A stretch of DNA of 64,000 nucleotides from Caldilineaceae bacterium SB0661_bin_32 (lineage in GTDB: Bacteria > Chloroflexota > Anaerolineae > Caldilineales > Caldilineaceae): the NCBI GenBank assembly GCA_009841235.1, contig VXMH01000094.1, forward strand, positions 3,434 to 67,433. The letters are read 5' to 3'. The translations under genes and the position numbers were made by a program. This document shows positions 1-9,687 of the stretch, one piece after another; positions within the stretch are counted from its first letter, which is position 1; each line of letters opens with the position of its first letter. Below the pieces are notes generated by a model that made no database searches, was not told the origin of the DNA, and saw nothing but the letters and a program-made list of their open reading frames with translations.

Positions 1-254
1 TGCTCACGCCCACCATGTTCTTCATCCTTGTCATGAGCGTGATCGGCACCTTCCAGACCTTTGGCCTCATCTATGTAATGACCCAGGGCGGACCGATAAA
101 CTCGACCAACGTCTACATCTACTACCTCTGGCAGATGGCTTTCGGTAGCTCCAAGATGGGATATGCTTCGGCCATGGCCTGGATCCTGGCCCTCGTCATC
201 TTCACCATCACCATGATCCAGGTGCGCCTGGCCAGGCTGTGGGTGCACTATTGA
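1..254 (+). CDS. Carbohydrate ABC transporter permease, C-terminal part (5' end outside window)
   Basis: The frame is open from the window edge to TGA 252-254. It has hydrophobic C-terminal TM segments and a QGGP...YASA tail, paralogous to the C-termini of 2873..3802 and 17765..18640 (MalF/UgpA-type). Confidence 0.8.
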   Translation, partial: LTPTMFFILVMSVIGTFQTFGLIYVMTQGGPINSTNVYIYYLWQMAFGSSKMGYASAMAWILALVIFTITMIQVRLARLWVHY

Positions 255-323
255 GAGATCGGCGATGACTTTGACGTGAGCCGCCCGCAAGGGGGTTGGT
301 GAACGTCGCCAAAGGGGATACCC

Positions 324-1205
324 GTGCAAAGAGTTTCAACCATGCGCGCGGCGCGCGTTGACCGTGTGGCCAGCCGCAGACAACAAGAGCTCGTGGCCAA
401 TACCGTTACGCACATTCTGCTGATCGTGCTGGGTCTGGCCGCCCTGGCCCCCTTCTGGTGGATGATCTCAACCTCGTTCAAGACCGAATTCGAGGCCTTT
501 CAGATCCCCCCGACCTGGCTTCCGCTTGAACCGACTCTGGAAGCCTACGGGGATCTCTTCCTCGACCAGCCCTTCGGGATTTTCTTCTACAACAGCGTCA
601 AGATCGCTGTCCTCGGCGTCGGCGGCCAGCTCATCACATCCTCGCTCGCCGCCTTTGCCTTCGCCCGGCTCGATTTTCCCGGCAAAAACGTCCTCTTCAT
701 CATTGTCCTGTCGACCATGATGGTGCCCTACGCCGTCACCGTGATCCCGCTCTACATCGTCATGCACCGCATCGGCTGGGTCAACACCCATCTGCCCCTG
801 ATCGTGCCCGCCATGCTCAGCTCCGCCTACGGCACGTTCCTCCTCCGCCAGTTCATGTTTTCGCTCCCGGTCGAGCTGGAGGACGCCGCCCGCATCGACG
901 GCTGCAGCTCCTTCGGCATCTACCGCCGCATCGCCCTGCCCCTCATGAAACCCGCCCTCGCCACCCTGGGCGTCTTCTCCTTCATGGCCTCCTGGAACAA
1001 CTTCTTCGGCCCGTTCATCTTCCTCGACCGCAAATATCTCTTCACCGTCCAGCTCGGCGTCGCCCTCGTACAGCGGCAGTGGTACACCAGCTGGCCCCGC
1101 CTCATGGCCGGCTCCGTCGTCGTCACGCTGCCCGTGCTCCTCGTCTTCCTCCTCTTGCAGCGCTACTTCGTACGCGGCATCTCTCTCACAGGCATCAAAG
1201 GCTAA
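324..1205 (+). CDS. Carbohydrate ABC transporter permease (MalG/UgpE-type)
   Basis: Starts at GTG 324 after AAAGGGGA (ATG 342 is an alternative). Contains the EAA-loop-like motif LPVELEDAARIDGCS, multiple TM segments and a ...TGIKG C-terminus shared with the other permeases in the window. Confidence 0.9.
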   Translation: MQRVSTMRAARVDRVASRRQQELVANTVTHILLIVLGLAALAPFWWMISTSFKTEFEAFQIPPTWLPLEPTLEAYGDLFLDQPFGIFFYNSVKIAVLGVGGQLITSSLAAFAFARLDFPGKNVLFIIVLSTMMVPYAVTVIPLYIVMHRIGWVNTHLPLIVPAMLSSAYGTFLLRQFMFSLPVELEDAARIDGCSSFGIYRRIALPLMKPALATLGVFSFMASWNNFFGPFIFLDRKYLFTVQLGVALVQRQWYTSWPRLMAGSVVVTLPVLLVFLLLQRYFVRGISLTGIKG

Positions 1206-1294
1206 CACCCTCTTCATCAGCCGCATACCCGTCCCGCACAGCCACTCCTGCTCACGCCCCGATTAAGCCGCACACCCGGCCGCGTGAATATCCT

Positions 1295-1322
1295 TTGACA
1301 TCTTCTCAATTTATGTTACTAT
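1295..1322 (+). promoter_or_regulatory. Sigma70-like promoter for the SBP-permease-permease-oxidoreductase operon
   Basis: TTGACA (1295-1300), 16-nt spacer, TGT-TACTAT (extended -10, 1317-1322). It lies 74 nt upstream of ATG 1396. Confidence 0.5.
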
Positions 1323-1395
1323 CTTGCCTCAACAGCTTCCCCTGCCCCGAGATATATATTCAATCCACTTCAATCGACCCAAGGAGAAACAAACG

Positions 1396-2778
1396 ATGGG
1401 AAAGAACGCATTGGTCAACAAGCAGTTGTCACGTCGCTCATTCCTGCAAACTGCCGCGGCGACTGCCGGCGTCATGGTGACCGCAGCCTGCGCCGCGCCG
1501 ATGCCCGCCGCCGACGACGCGATGGACTCCGGCGACGACGGCGGCATGGAGACCGTCGAGCTGCGCCTCGCCTACTGGGGCTTCCAGGTAGAAAAGCAGG
1601 GCGTCCTGCAGGAGGCCTTCCAGGAGGCCTACCCCAACATCAAGCTGCAGGAGGACATCACCTCCTGGTCCAACTACTGGCAGAAGATGTTGGCCTCCAC
1701 CGCCGCCGGCGATTCACCCGACATCATGCACCACTCGCCCTACTATCACGTGCGCTTCGCGCACAACGGGGTGACGATCCCACTCGATCCCTTCATTGAG
1801 CGCGATGGCGTCGACCTCAACGACTTCTACGAGGGCGCAATCACGCAGGGGCGCTGGCAACCCGGCCAGATCCGGTGCGGCTCCGGCGACCTGCACGCCT
1901 TCCCCACCGTCTGGCACTCGGGCACGATGTGGTTCTGGAACAAGAACTGGTTCGCCGAAAAGGGTATCCCCGATCCGGACGAAAGCTGGACCTGGGACAC
2001 GATCGTCGAGGCCGGCAAAGAGTTCACCGTCATCAACGACGACGGCTCAGCCGAGTCCTACGGCATGGACACACCCGTAGACGGCAATGCCCGCATGAAC
2101 TTCTGGATCTTCCAGGCCGGCGGCGCCTTCTATGACGAAGATTACAACGGCTGTCTTATCAAAGAGGACGCGCCGATGGAGGCCTTCCAGTGGATGGTCG
2201 ACCTGATCAACGAGCATGAAGTCGCCATGCCGCCCGAGGCCAATCTCCAGTTCAACCCATTTGAAACCGGCCGCGTCGCTTTCGCCGTCATGGGTGACTG
2301 GATGATCCCCTCCTTCTCCGAGATCGAGGACTTCGAGTGGGACGTCTTCACGCCCCCCTCGCATCCCGTTACCGGGCAGAACACGATCGATGCCTACCAG
2401 AACGGTATCTCGATCACCAGCTCAGCCCCGCACCCTGATGAATCGTGGGAATACATCAAGTGGCTGACGATGGGCGATGGCGCCGTCATGTACGCCGAGA
2501 CCATCTTCCCCTTCCCCGCCCATATTCCTACCGCGGAAGGCCTGATCTACGTGCAGGATCGCACCGCTCCGCCCACGCAGTTGTGGATTCTCAACCAGCT
2601 TTTGAAAGACGCCACGCCCGTCTTCAACGGCCCGGCCGAAGGTGAGATCGCCGGTATCGCCAGGGAGGAACAGGAAGCGGCCATGCTGCAGGTCAAGACG
2701 GTGCAAGAGGCGACCGACGACCTTGAGTCGCGTGTCAACGCCGTCCTCGAACGCTCCCGCGAAGAGCTGCTCGGATAG
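1396..2778 (+). CDS. Extracellular solute-binding protein, sugar ABC transporter (family 1)
   Basis: ATG 1396 follows AAGGAGAA. Has a twin-arginine/lipoprotein-type signal SRRSFLQTAAATAGVMVTAAC. Length and position (followed by two permeases) fit a CUT1 binding protein. Confidence 0.9.
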   Translation: MGKNALVNKQLSRRSFLQTAAATAGVMVTAACAAPMPAADDAMDSGDDGGMETVELRLAYWGFQVEKQGVLQEAFQEAYPNIKLQEDITSWSNYWQKMLASTAAGDSPDIMHHSPYYHVRFAHNGVTIPLDPFIERDGVDLNDFYEGAITQGRWQPGQIRCGSGDLHAFPTVWHSGTMWFWNKNWFAEKGIPDPDESWTWDTIVEAGKEFTVINDDGSAESYGMDTPVDGNARMNFWIFQAGGAFYDEDYNGCLIKEDAPMEAFQWMVDLINEHEVAMPPEANLQFNPFETGRVAFAVMGDWMIPSFSEIEDFEWDVFTPPSHPVTGQNTIDAYQNGISITSSAPHPDESWEYIKWLTMGDGAVMYAETIFPFPAHIPTAEGLIYVQDRTAPPTQLWILNQLLKDATPVFNGPAEGEIAGIAREEQEAAMLQVKTVQEATDDLESRVNAVLERSREELLG

Positions 2779-2785
2779 AAAACAG

Positions 2786-2828
2786 CGAGGAGTGAGTGGA
2801 GTGAAGAGAGGAGAGAGAAAAGAGAGGG
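2786..2828 (+). repeat. GA-rich intergenic repeat, copy 1 (GCGAGGAGTGAGTG...AAGAG..GGAGAGAG)
   Basis: Shares the 14-nt core GCGAGGAGTGAGTG with the reverse complement of 7270-7298, and the GAGGAGAGAG/AAGAGGAG words with 11141-11175 and 51181-51218. Confidence 0.7.
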
Positions 2829-2853
2829 GCTGACTCCTCTTTTCTCTCTCCTC
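2808..2853 (+). promoter_or_regulatory. Intercistronic stem-loop between SBP and first permease gene
   Basis: 17-bp perfect stem: 2808-2824 (GAGGAGAGAGAAAAGAG) pairs with 2837-2853 (CTCTTTTCTCTCTCCTC). Loop is 12 nt and there is no T-tract. Confidence 0.6.
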
Positions 2854-2872
2854 GCAGTCTGGAGAGAGTCGT

Positions 2873-3802
2873 ATGAGCGCCGCAACAACACCTGCGCGCG
2901 GTGGTTTGCGCGGATTCCTGGGGAGTAACCGGGGCCGGGAGGCGATCGAAGCCTATATTCTCATCCTGCCCACCATCCTGGGGCTGATCGTCTTTACCGC
3001 CAGCCCCGTGCTGGCCTCGCTCTATTACAGCTTTACCCGCTGGAACCTGCTGAGCACGCCCAAGTGGCAGGCCTTCGATAACTATATCGAACTCCTGACC
3101 GAAGATCCGCTCTTCTGGATCACGATCAAGAATACGGGCTACTACGTATTGGGGACCGTCCCCACCGGAACCGTTCTCGCCCTCCTGCTGGCGATCGCGC
3201 TCAACCAGAAGATCCGGTTCGTGGCCGTCTTCCGCACCATCTACTTCCTGCCCGTTGTCTCCTCGGTGGTCGCCATTTCGGTGCTCTGGCTCTGGCTCTA
3301 CCAGTCAGACTTCGGTCTCGTCAATGAGATTCTGCGCTTTTTGGGTTTCCGCGGCGTGCGCTGGCTGAGCAGCGTCACCTGGGCGATGCCGGCCATCATC
3401 ATCATGAGCATCTGGCACGGCTTGGGCTACAACATCGTCATCTTCATCGCCGGACTGCAGGGCATTCCCCAGGACTATTACGAAGCCGCCACCGTCGACG
3501 GCGCCAACGCCTGGCATAAATTCATCAACATCACCATCCCGCTGCTCTCGCCCGTCACCTTCTTCGTCCTCACCCTGTCTGTGATCAACTCCTTCCAGGT
3601 ATTTGCCCAGGCCTATGTGATGACCAGGGGCGGGCCGGTCAACGCCACCAAGACCATCGTCTACTATCTTTTCCAACAGGGGTTTGAGAACTTCCACATG
3701 GGGTACGCCTCCGCGCTGGCCTATGTACTCTTCGTTATCATCGTCAGCCTGACGCTGTTCCAGTTCTGGTTCCAGAGACGCTGGGTCCATTACGAACTCT
3801 GA
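2873..3802 (+). CDS. Carbohydrate ABC transporter permease (MalF/UgpA-type)
   Basis: 309-aa polytopic ORF after GGAGAGAG. Contains the motif YYEAATVDGANAWHKFINITIPLLSP (EAA loop). Confidence 0.9.
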   Translation: MSAATTPARGGLRGFLGSNRGREAIEAYILILPTILGLIVFTASPVLASLYYSFTRWNLLSTPKWQAFDNYIELLTEDPLFWITIKNTGYYVLGTVPTGTVLALLLAIALNQKIRFVAVFRTIYFLPVVSSVVAISVLWLWLYQSDFGLVNEILRFLGFRGVRWLSSVTWAMPAIIIMSIWHGLGYNIVIFIAGLQGIPQDYYEAATVDGANAWHKFINITIPLLSPVTFFVLTLSVINSFQVFAQAYVMTRGGPVNATKTIVYYLFQQGFENFHMGYASALAYVLFVIIVSLTLFQFWFQRRWVHYEL

Positions 3803-3814
3803 GGTAGAACCACC

Positions 3815-4735
3815 ATGAGCGCACAAGACGCAACCCCCATAGGTGAGGCCCGCACCACGGCGATACCCGGCGCCTCTGCTGCCGCATCCGAAGGCCTGAC
3901 CTCCTACAGAGTCCTTCACGTCACGTGGCGCGTGCTGCTCTATGCCGTTCTCACCCTCGTTGGCGCCACAATGCTCCTTCCCCTGCTCTGGATGATCTCC
4001 ACCTCGCTCAAGGAGCCGGGCGAAGTGCTGCTGCTCCCGCCGAAGTGGATCTCGATTCCGCCGCAGTGGGGGAACTACCCCAGGCTTTTTGACGTGCTGC
4101 CCTTTGATCTCTTCTTGATCAACAGCATCAAGATCGCGGTGTTTGCCACGGTCGGCGCCCTCTTGAGCTGCTCAATGGCCGCCTTCGCCTTCGCGCGCAT
4201 GCGCTTCCCGGGCAAAAACGTTATCTTCGCCATCATCCTCGCCACGATCATGATCCCCTTCCACGTCACCCTCATTCCCCTCTTCAAGCTCTATCGCGAC
4301 ATCGGCTGGCTCAGCACTCACCTGCCGCTCACCGTGCCGTTCTTCTTCGGCACCGCCTTTGGCATCTTCCTCATGCGCCAGTTCTATCTCACCATCCCCC
4401 AGGAAATGGTGGAGGCGGCGCGCATCGACGGCTGCAGTTTTATTCAGATCTACTACCGTATCTTCCTGCCCCTTTCCAAGCCGGGCCTGGCCACGTTGGG
4501 CATCTTCACCTTCCTCGGCTCCTGGAACAACCTCATGGGCCCGCTGATCTTCCTCACCAAGGTCGAGACCATGACCATCACCTTGGGGCTGACGCTGCTG
4601 ACCAACCAGTCGGGTGGACGCTGGGAACTGATCCAGGCCGGCGCCGTCATCAGCATCCTGCCGATCGTCGTCATGTTCTTCATCGGCCAGGAGCACTTCA
4701 TCCAAGGCATCGCGCGTACCGGAATCAAAGGGTAG
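3815..4735 (+). CDS. Carbohydrate ABC transporter permease (MalG/UgpE-type)
   Basis: 306-aa polytopic ORF after GAGGTAG. Contains EAA loop MVEAARIDGCSFIQIYYRIFLPLSKP and C-terminal TGIKG. Confidence 0.9.
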   Translation: MSAQDATPIGEARTTAIPGASAAASEGLTSYRVLHVTWRVLLYAVLTLVGATMLLPLLWMISTSLKEPGEVLLLPPKWISIPPQWGNYPRLFDVLPFDLFLINSIKIAVFATVGALLSCSMAAFAFARMRFPGKNVIFAIILATIMIPFHVTLIPLFKLYRDIGWLSTHLPLTVPFFFGTAFGIFLMRQFYLTIPQEMVEAARIDGCSFIQIYYRIFLPLSKPGLATLGIFTFLGSWNNLMGPLIFLTKVETMTITLGLTLLTNQSGGRWELIQAGAVISILPIVVMFFIGQEHFIQGIARTGIKG

Positions 4736-4786
4736 GCCGGTGGCATACGGCCGCTTTCTGACGACCGAACCCCGGCGGCTGTCGTT

Positions 4787-5800
4787 ATGATCCGCATCGG
4801 CCTCATCGGCTGCGGCGGCATGGGCCAGTCCCACCGCGCCGCCTTCCGGAAATTGCAAGGCCGCGCCCTTTTCACCGCCGCTGTCGACCCCGACCTGTCG
4901 CGCGCGCAAACAACCGCCGACCTGATGGGCTGCGACACCGTCGCGGCCGACTATCGCCGCGTCCTCGACCATATCGACGCCGCCATCATCGCCGTGCCCC
5001 ATCACCTCCACCATCCCATCGGTGTCGACCTGCTGCGCCGCGGCAAACATCTGCTGATGGAGAAGCCGCTGGCCAACTCCGAAGCCGAATGTCTGGACCT
5101 GATCGAGACCGCCGAGAAGGCCAACCGCACCCTGATGGTCGCCTACTGCATGCGCTTTCACCCCATCGTCGTTGAGATGGAGCGCCTGCTCAAGGCCAGA
5201 ACCCACGGCGACCTCTTCCAGCTGTCCATCTGGACCGAGCAGCATACGCAAGGCGAGCCGGGCAGTTGGATGCACCGCAAAGATACGCTCGGCGGCGGCC
5301 AACTCTTCAGCCACGGCTGCCACTACATCGACATCCTGCTCGCCTGGATGGGGCAGCCCGTCTCCGGCACGCATATCGGCACCAACTTCGGCACGCCCTG
5401 GATGGAAGGAGAGGGCACATCCAACGTCTCGCTCAAATTCGCCAGCGGCGCGCTCGGCTACCATTTCGGCACCTGGGGCGCCAAGGGCACGCGGCTAAAA
5501 TACTCATTCCACGCCCACTGCACCGAGGGCATGCTGGAAGGGCAGATCAGCCAGGGGAAACTGTTCCTTCACCGGGGCGCGCTGGAAGCGGAGACAGGCA
5601 GCGAGCAGCTGCTGTTCCAGGCAGCCGTTGGCAAGCATCTCGAGAACGAGTTGCTCCACTTCGTCGACTGCCTGGAGCACCGCCGCCGCCCGCTCACCGA
5701 TGGCCGCCGCAGTCTGCAAAGCCTGCGCGTCATCTGGAAGCTCTACGAAGCCGAAGCGCAGGGCGTGGTGGCCGACCTGCGCGGCATCGGCAAAGGGTGA
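4787..5800 (+). CDS. Gfo/Idh/MocA family oxidoreductase
   Basis: N-terminal Rossmann motif IRIGLIGCGGMGQSH and an EKP motif (LLMEKPLA) typical of the family. Confidence 0.85.
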   Translation: MIRIGLIGCGGMGQSHRAAFRKLQGRALFTAAVDPDLSRAQTTADLMGCDTVAADYRRVLDHIDAAIIAVPHHLHHPIGVDLLRRGKHLLMEKPLANSEAECLDLIETAEKANRTLMVAYCMRFHPIVVEMERLLKARTHGDLFQLSIWTEQHTQGEPGSWMHRKDTLGGGQLFSHGCHYIDILLAWMGQPVSGTHIGTNFGTPWMEGEGTSNVSLKFASGALGYHFGTWGAKGTRLKYSFHAHCTEGMLEGQISQGKLFLHRGALEAETGSEQLLFQAAVGKHLENELLHFVDCLEHRRRPLTDGRRSLQSLRVIWKLYEAEAQGVVADLRGIGKG

Positions 5801-5849
5801 AGTTGAGTAACCTTCGTATGCTGAATACTTGCGAAGACAGGATCCTGAA

Positions 5850-6065
5850 CTAGAGGAGCGTCAACGTCTGGACCGGCAGTGACTTCGCTTCCAGCGTCGA
5901 CAGATTGGCAACTTTGCTGGCATGGTCGATATCGATGCCGACAAGTTGGCCACTCTCATCGAAATCCAGAATGACGCCCGGAGCAACCTCAGTTGAATCC
6001 GTACTCGCTTTCTCGGAGAGGTCAATATAGAGAGAGTTCGTGTCAGGATAGTAATGGAATTTCAT
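5850..6065 (-). CDS. DUF2283 domain protein
   Basis: 71-aa sequence MKFHYYPDTNSLYIDLS...GQLVGIDIDHAS matches the characteristic DUF2283 pattern (YD.e.D.lyi.l....vGiei). No DUF4258-like partner is adjacent. Confidence 0.7.
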   Translation of the reverse strand: MKFHYYPDTNSLYIDLSEKASTDSTEVAPGVILDFDESGQLVGIDIDHASKVANLSTLEAKSLPVQTLTLL

Positions 6066-6153
6066 AGGGCTGCCTGAGTGTACTACAGGACTGGACGCAG
6101 ATAAACTCGTACATGGTAGAGGCGATAGACAGATTTAGGAGAAAGACGCAGAT

Positions 6154-7254
6154 ATGACGACACCAACATATCGTTTCGCCGTCATCGGCTTCGGCCGCCG
6201 CGGACGTTACCACATGGAGAGCCTCGAAGCGATGAAGGAAGTGACAGTCCGCTGCGTCGCAGTGGCCGACCCGCGCGATCCCACCGCCGAGGAAAAGGAG
6301 CGCTTCGGCCCCTCCTTCTACCAGGACTACCGCCAAATGCTGGCCGGTACGCCCGACCTCGACTTCGTACTCGTAGGCAGCTACGCCGTCGACCACGTTG
6401 AACATGCGCTGGCTGCGCTGCAACGCGGCATCCCCGTCTTCCTCGAAAAGGCCGTAGCCTTCTCCTGGGAGCAGACTGTGGAGCTGTATCAAGAGGTGGT
6501 CCGTCACCGTTATCCTCTCTTCATCGGCTTCAACCTGCGCCGCTTCCCCGCCGCGCTCGCTATGAAGCGCATCATCGACGAGGGCAGCCTCGGCCGCATC
6601 CAGAGCGTCCTCGGGCACGTCAACACCGGCAACCGCTGGTCGCAGGGCGTGTGGTCTCATTTCAGAACGCCGCCCTCGTCGACCCTGGTCGAAGGCAAAC
6701 TCACCCACGACACCGACACCATCCAGCACTGCCTCGGCGCAGAGGTCGTGGACTGCACAGCTACCATCACGCGCAACATCTGGACCGAAGGCGACGACCG
6801 GCCCATGACCGCAGGCGATTCCTGCTCCATCTCCGGCCTGCTCTCCAACGGCATCCTCTACACCCTCCATCTCACCACCTCCGGGCCGGACTATGAGCGG
6901 CGCTACGTCGTCAACGGCACGGAAGGACAGCTGGACGTCGTGATGCACAGCAGGCGCGCAGGCCAGACGCCCGCGGCGGTGACGCTCTGGCGCAACGATG
7001 AGGAGCCGCAAGCCGTCGAGCTGCCGCCGGCCGTCGGCGGACACGGCGGCGCCGACTTCCGCATCCACCGCGACTTCGTCGCCTGGCTTCAATCCAACCC
7101 GGCAGGCGCCTACGACCCGCGCTCCATCCTGACCGGCATGATCATCCCCTTCGCCGCGCAGGAGTCCATGGCGACCGGCCGCCGCATCGACTGCGCCGCG
7201 CGCCTGCATCAAGCCACCGCCGGCGTGAACCAGGAACCGAGCAGAGGGAAGTGA
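6154..7254 (+). CDS. Gfo/Idh/MocA family oxidoreductase
   Basis: RBS AGGAGAAAG. N-terminal YRFAVIGFGRRGRYH nucleotide-binding motif and FLEKAVA (EKP-like) motif. Confidence 0.8.
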   Translation: MTTPTYRFAVIGFGRRGRYHMESLEAMKEVTVRCVAVADPRDPTAEEKERFGPSFYQDYRQMLAGTPDLDFVLVGSYAVDHVEHALAALQRGIPVFLEKAVAFSWEQTVELYQEVVRHRYPLFIGFNLRRFPAALAMKRIIDEGSLGRIQSVLGHVNTGNRWSQGVWSHFRTPPSSTLVEGKLTHDTDTIQHCLGAEVVDCTATITRNIWTEGDDRPMTAGDSCSISGLLSNGILYTLHLTTSGPDYERRYVVNGTEGQLDVVMHSRRAGQTPAAVTLWRNDEEPQAVELPPAVGGHGGADFRIHRDFVAWLQSNPAGAYDPRSILTGMIIPFAAQESMATGRRIDCAARLHQATAGVNQEPSRGK

Positions 7255-7269
7255 GAAGCGAACAAGAAG

Positions 7270-7298
7270 CTCTCACTCCTCTTCACTCACTCCTCGCC
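7270..7298 (-). repeat. GA-rich intergenic repeat, copy 2 (CT-rich as read on + strand)
   Basis: The reverse complement GGCGAGGAGTGAGTGAAGAGGAGTGAGAG shares GCGAGGAGTGAGTG with copy 1. It lies in the 62-nt spacer between two oxidoreductase genes. Confidence 0.7.
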
Positions 7299-7316
7299 TT
7301 TGAAGGGAGTTTCCTT

Positions 7317-8432
7317 ATGCGCAACTATCGCGTAGGCGTTGTCGGGCTGTACCGCGGTCTCGGCCCGGCGCGTGTCTTCGACCTCATGCCCGACTGCGAC
7401 GTGGTCGCCGGCTGCGATATCGACGCCCGAGCCCTCGAACGGTTCGGCGCGCTCTTCCCCCAGGCCCGCCAGTACGGCGCCTACGACGAGATGCTGACGC
7501 ACGGGCTGGACATCGTCTTCGTCGCCTCGCCGGTCCCCCTGCACTGCCGGCACACCGTGGCCGCGCTCGAGGCCGGCTGCCACGTCCTGCAGGAGGTCAC
7601 CCTCGCCGGCAACATCGACGAATGCCGCCAGATTCTCGCCGCGGTGCAGGCCCACCCGCGCCAGAAGTTCATGCTTGCCGAGAACTGCTGCTACTGGGCG
7701 CATATTCTGAGCTGGCGGGAGATGTGGGGCCAGGGCCTGCTGGGTGACTTCATGTACGCCGAGGCCGAGTACATTCACGATACGCGCCATCTGCTGCGCC
7801 AGGCCGACGGCTCACCCACCTGGCGCGCCTCAATGCCGCCCATGCACTACTGTACCCACAGCCTCGGCCCGCTGCTCAAAGTGACCGGCGAGCGCTGCGT
7901 CGCTGCCAGCGGCATGAGCGTCACCAGTGGATTTGGCCGTTGCCGACCGCATGTTGGCGCATTTGGCAACGGCCAAAGAGGGGACCTGCCCGTCCGCGCC
8001 AAATCCGGCACCGAAGTGGCCATTCTGCAGACGGCCAGCGGCGGCGTGATCAAGATCCTGGTCGCCTTCGGCATCACCCGCGAGCCCATGTTTCACTACT
8101 ACTCGATCTACGGCACCGACGGCGTCCTCGAAACCTCGCGCCCGCCGACCAGCCCGCTGCAGACCAACGCCTGGCTGGATTCGGTGCCGCATCTCAACAA
8201 CATGATCGAAATGCCGATCACCGAAAACGTGACCGACGCGCCGCCCGAAGCGGCGCAAGGCGGCCACGGCACCGCCGAGTACATGATGATCCAGGACTTC
8301 GTCGCCAGCATCCGCGACGACACCCCGCCCCCGCTCGACATCCACGCCGCGCTCCGAATGGCGCTCCCCGGCATGTGCGCGCATGAAAGTGCCCTGAATG
8401 GGGGCCAGATGGTGGAGATTCCTGATTGGTAG
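7317..8432 (+). CDS. Gfo/Idh/MocA family oxidoreductase
   Basis: ATG 7317 follows GAAGGGAG. N-terminal YRVGVVGLYRGLG motif. The longer ORF from 7251 overlaps the upstream gene and the repeat, so the internal start is preferred. Confidence 0.8.
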   Translation: MRNYRVGVVGLYRGLGPARVFDLMPDCDVVAGCDIDARALERFGALFPQARQYGAYDEMLTHGLDIVFVASPVPLHCRHTVAALEAGCHVLQEVTLAGNIDECRQILAAVQAHPRQKFMLAENCCYWAHILSWREMWGQGLLGDFMYAEAEYIHDTRHLLRQADGSPTWRASMPPMHYCTHSLGPLLKVTGERCVAASGMSVTSGFGRCRPHVGAFGNGQRGDLPVRAKSGTEVAILQTASGGVIKILVAFGITREPMFHYYSIYGTDGVLETSRPPTSPLQTNAWLDSVPHLNNMIEMPITENVTDAPPEAAQGGHGTAEYMMIQDFVASIRDDTPPPLDIHAALRMALPGMCAHESALNGGQMVEIPDW

Positions 8433-8496
8433 ACATGGTAGAATAGCAGAGGCAAACTTTGGGCATTTGTAAGGAGGCGGTTACGGAGGTGACGAC

Positions 8497-9687
8497 ATGA
8501 GCGACCCGATCCCCGTTAATCCCGATGTGCTTCGCTGGGCGCGTGACAGCATGCGACTTTCGCTGGAAGAGGTGGCGGGGCGCATGAACAAAAAAGTGTC
8601 GGATATCGAAGCCTGGGAGCGCGGCGACGAATCTCCGACCTATATCCAGTTGGAAAGATTGGCTTACGATATCTATAAGCGTCCGGTCGCCCTATTCTTC
8701 TTTCCCGATGTCCCGGATGAGGATGCCGTTGAGCAGTCGTTTCGTACCTTGCCGGAGCGGGAACTGCAGCGTATGCCCCCGCGCATCCTATTTCTGCTGC
8801 GCAGGGCCAAAGTGTTTCAACTGAACCTCGCCGAACTATATGACGGAGTGAATCCAGCAAGCCGCCAGATATTGCGCTACTTGGACTTCGCGCCTTCCGT
8901 CGATGTAAGTGAAATGGCGGAGCAAGTCCGGGCCTATCTGGGCATCGACTTGGCAGAACAACAGAGTTGGGGCAGTGAAGATGATGCGCTCAAGCGTTGG
9001 CGAACGATTCTGGAAGAACACGGTGTCTTCGTATTCAAGGACAGCTTCAATCCACCGGGAAAGAAGAAGGTGGACAGCGGGGAAAGCACTTTTTCCGGCT
9101 TCTGCCTGTACGACACGGACTTTCCCGTCATCTACGTCAACAACAACAAGGCCAAGAACCGTCAGATCTTCACTCTGTTCCATGAGTTGGCCCACCTGCT
9201 GATGCACACCGGCGGAGTGGATACGCGGCAGGACGACTATATCGAATATCTGACCGGCAACAACAGGCGCATAGAGATACTCTGCAATCAATTTGCCGCC
9301 GAGTTTCTGGTACCATCCGAGGATTTTCAAGCGCGACTGGCGGGCAAGCCTATTCATGATGGAGTGATTGGAGACTGGGCCGCATTGTATGGTGTGAGCC
9401 GGGAGACCATTCTGCGGCGGTTGTTGGACTGGGGCCGGGTTAGCCAGCAAGAGTACGAAGAGAAGACGCAGCAGTGGCGGAGTCAGCGAATAGAAAGCAG
9501 CGGTGCCGGTGGAGATTACTATCTGACCCGGGGCGCCTACCTGGGCGAAAAGTATATCGAAACCGTTTTCAGCAGTTACCACAAGGGGCGAATATCGATA
9601 GAGCAGACCGCTGACTATTTGGATGTGAAGCCAAGGAGCGTCCCCGGCATGGAAGAGTGGTTGTTCAAGCAAGGGGCGGCCGCGTGA
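8497..9687 (+). CDS. XRE-type HTH fused to ImmA/IrrE (COG2856, DUF955) metallopeptidase
   Basis: RBS GGAGGTG. Has an N-terminal HTH-like segment (SLEEVAGRMNKKVSDIEAWERGDESPTYIQLERLA) and a zinc-peptidase HEXXH motif in FTLFHELAHLLMH. Confidence 0.8.
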   Translation: MSDPIPVNPDVLRWARDSMRLSLEEVAGRMNKKVSDIEAWERGDESPTYIQLERLAYDIYKRPVALFFFPDVPDEDAVEQSFRTLPERELQRMPPRILFLLRRAKVFQLNLAELYDGVNPASRQILRYLDFAPSVDVSEMAEQVRAYLGIDLAEQQSWGSEDDALKRWRTILEEHGVFVFKDSFNPPGKKKVDSGESTFSGFCLYDTDFPVIYVNNNKAKNRQIFTLFHELAHLLMHTGGVDTRQDDYIEYLTGNNRRIEILCNQFAAEFLVPSEDFQARLAGKPIHDGVIGDWAALYGVSRETILRRLLDWGRVSQQEYEEKTQQWRSQRIESSGAGGDYYLTRGAYLGEKYIETVFSSYHKGRISIEQTADYLDVKPRSVPGMEEWLFKQGAAA

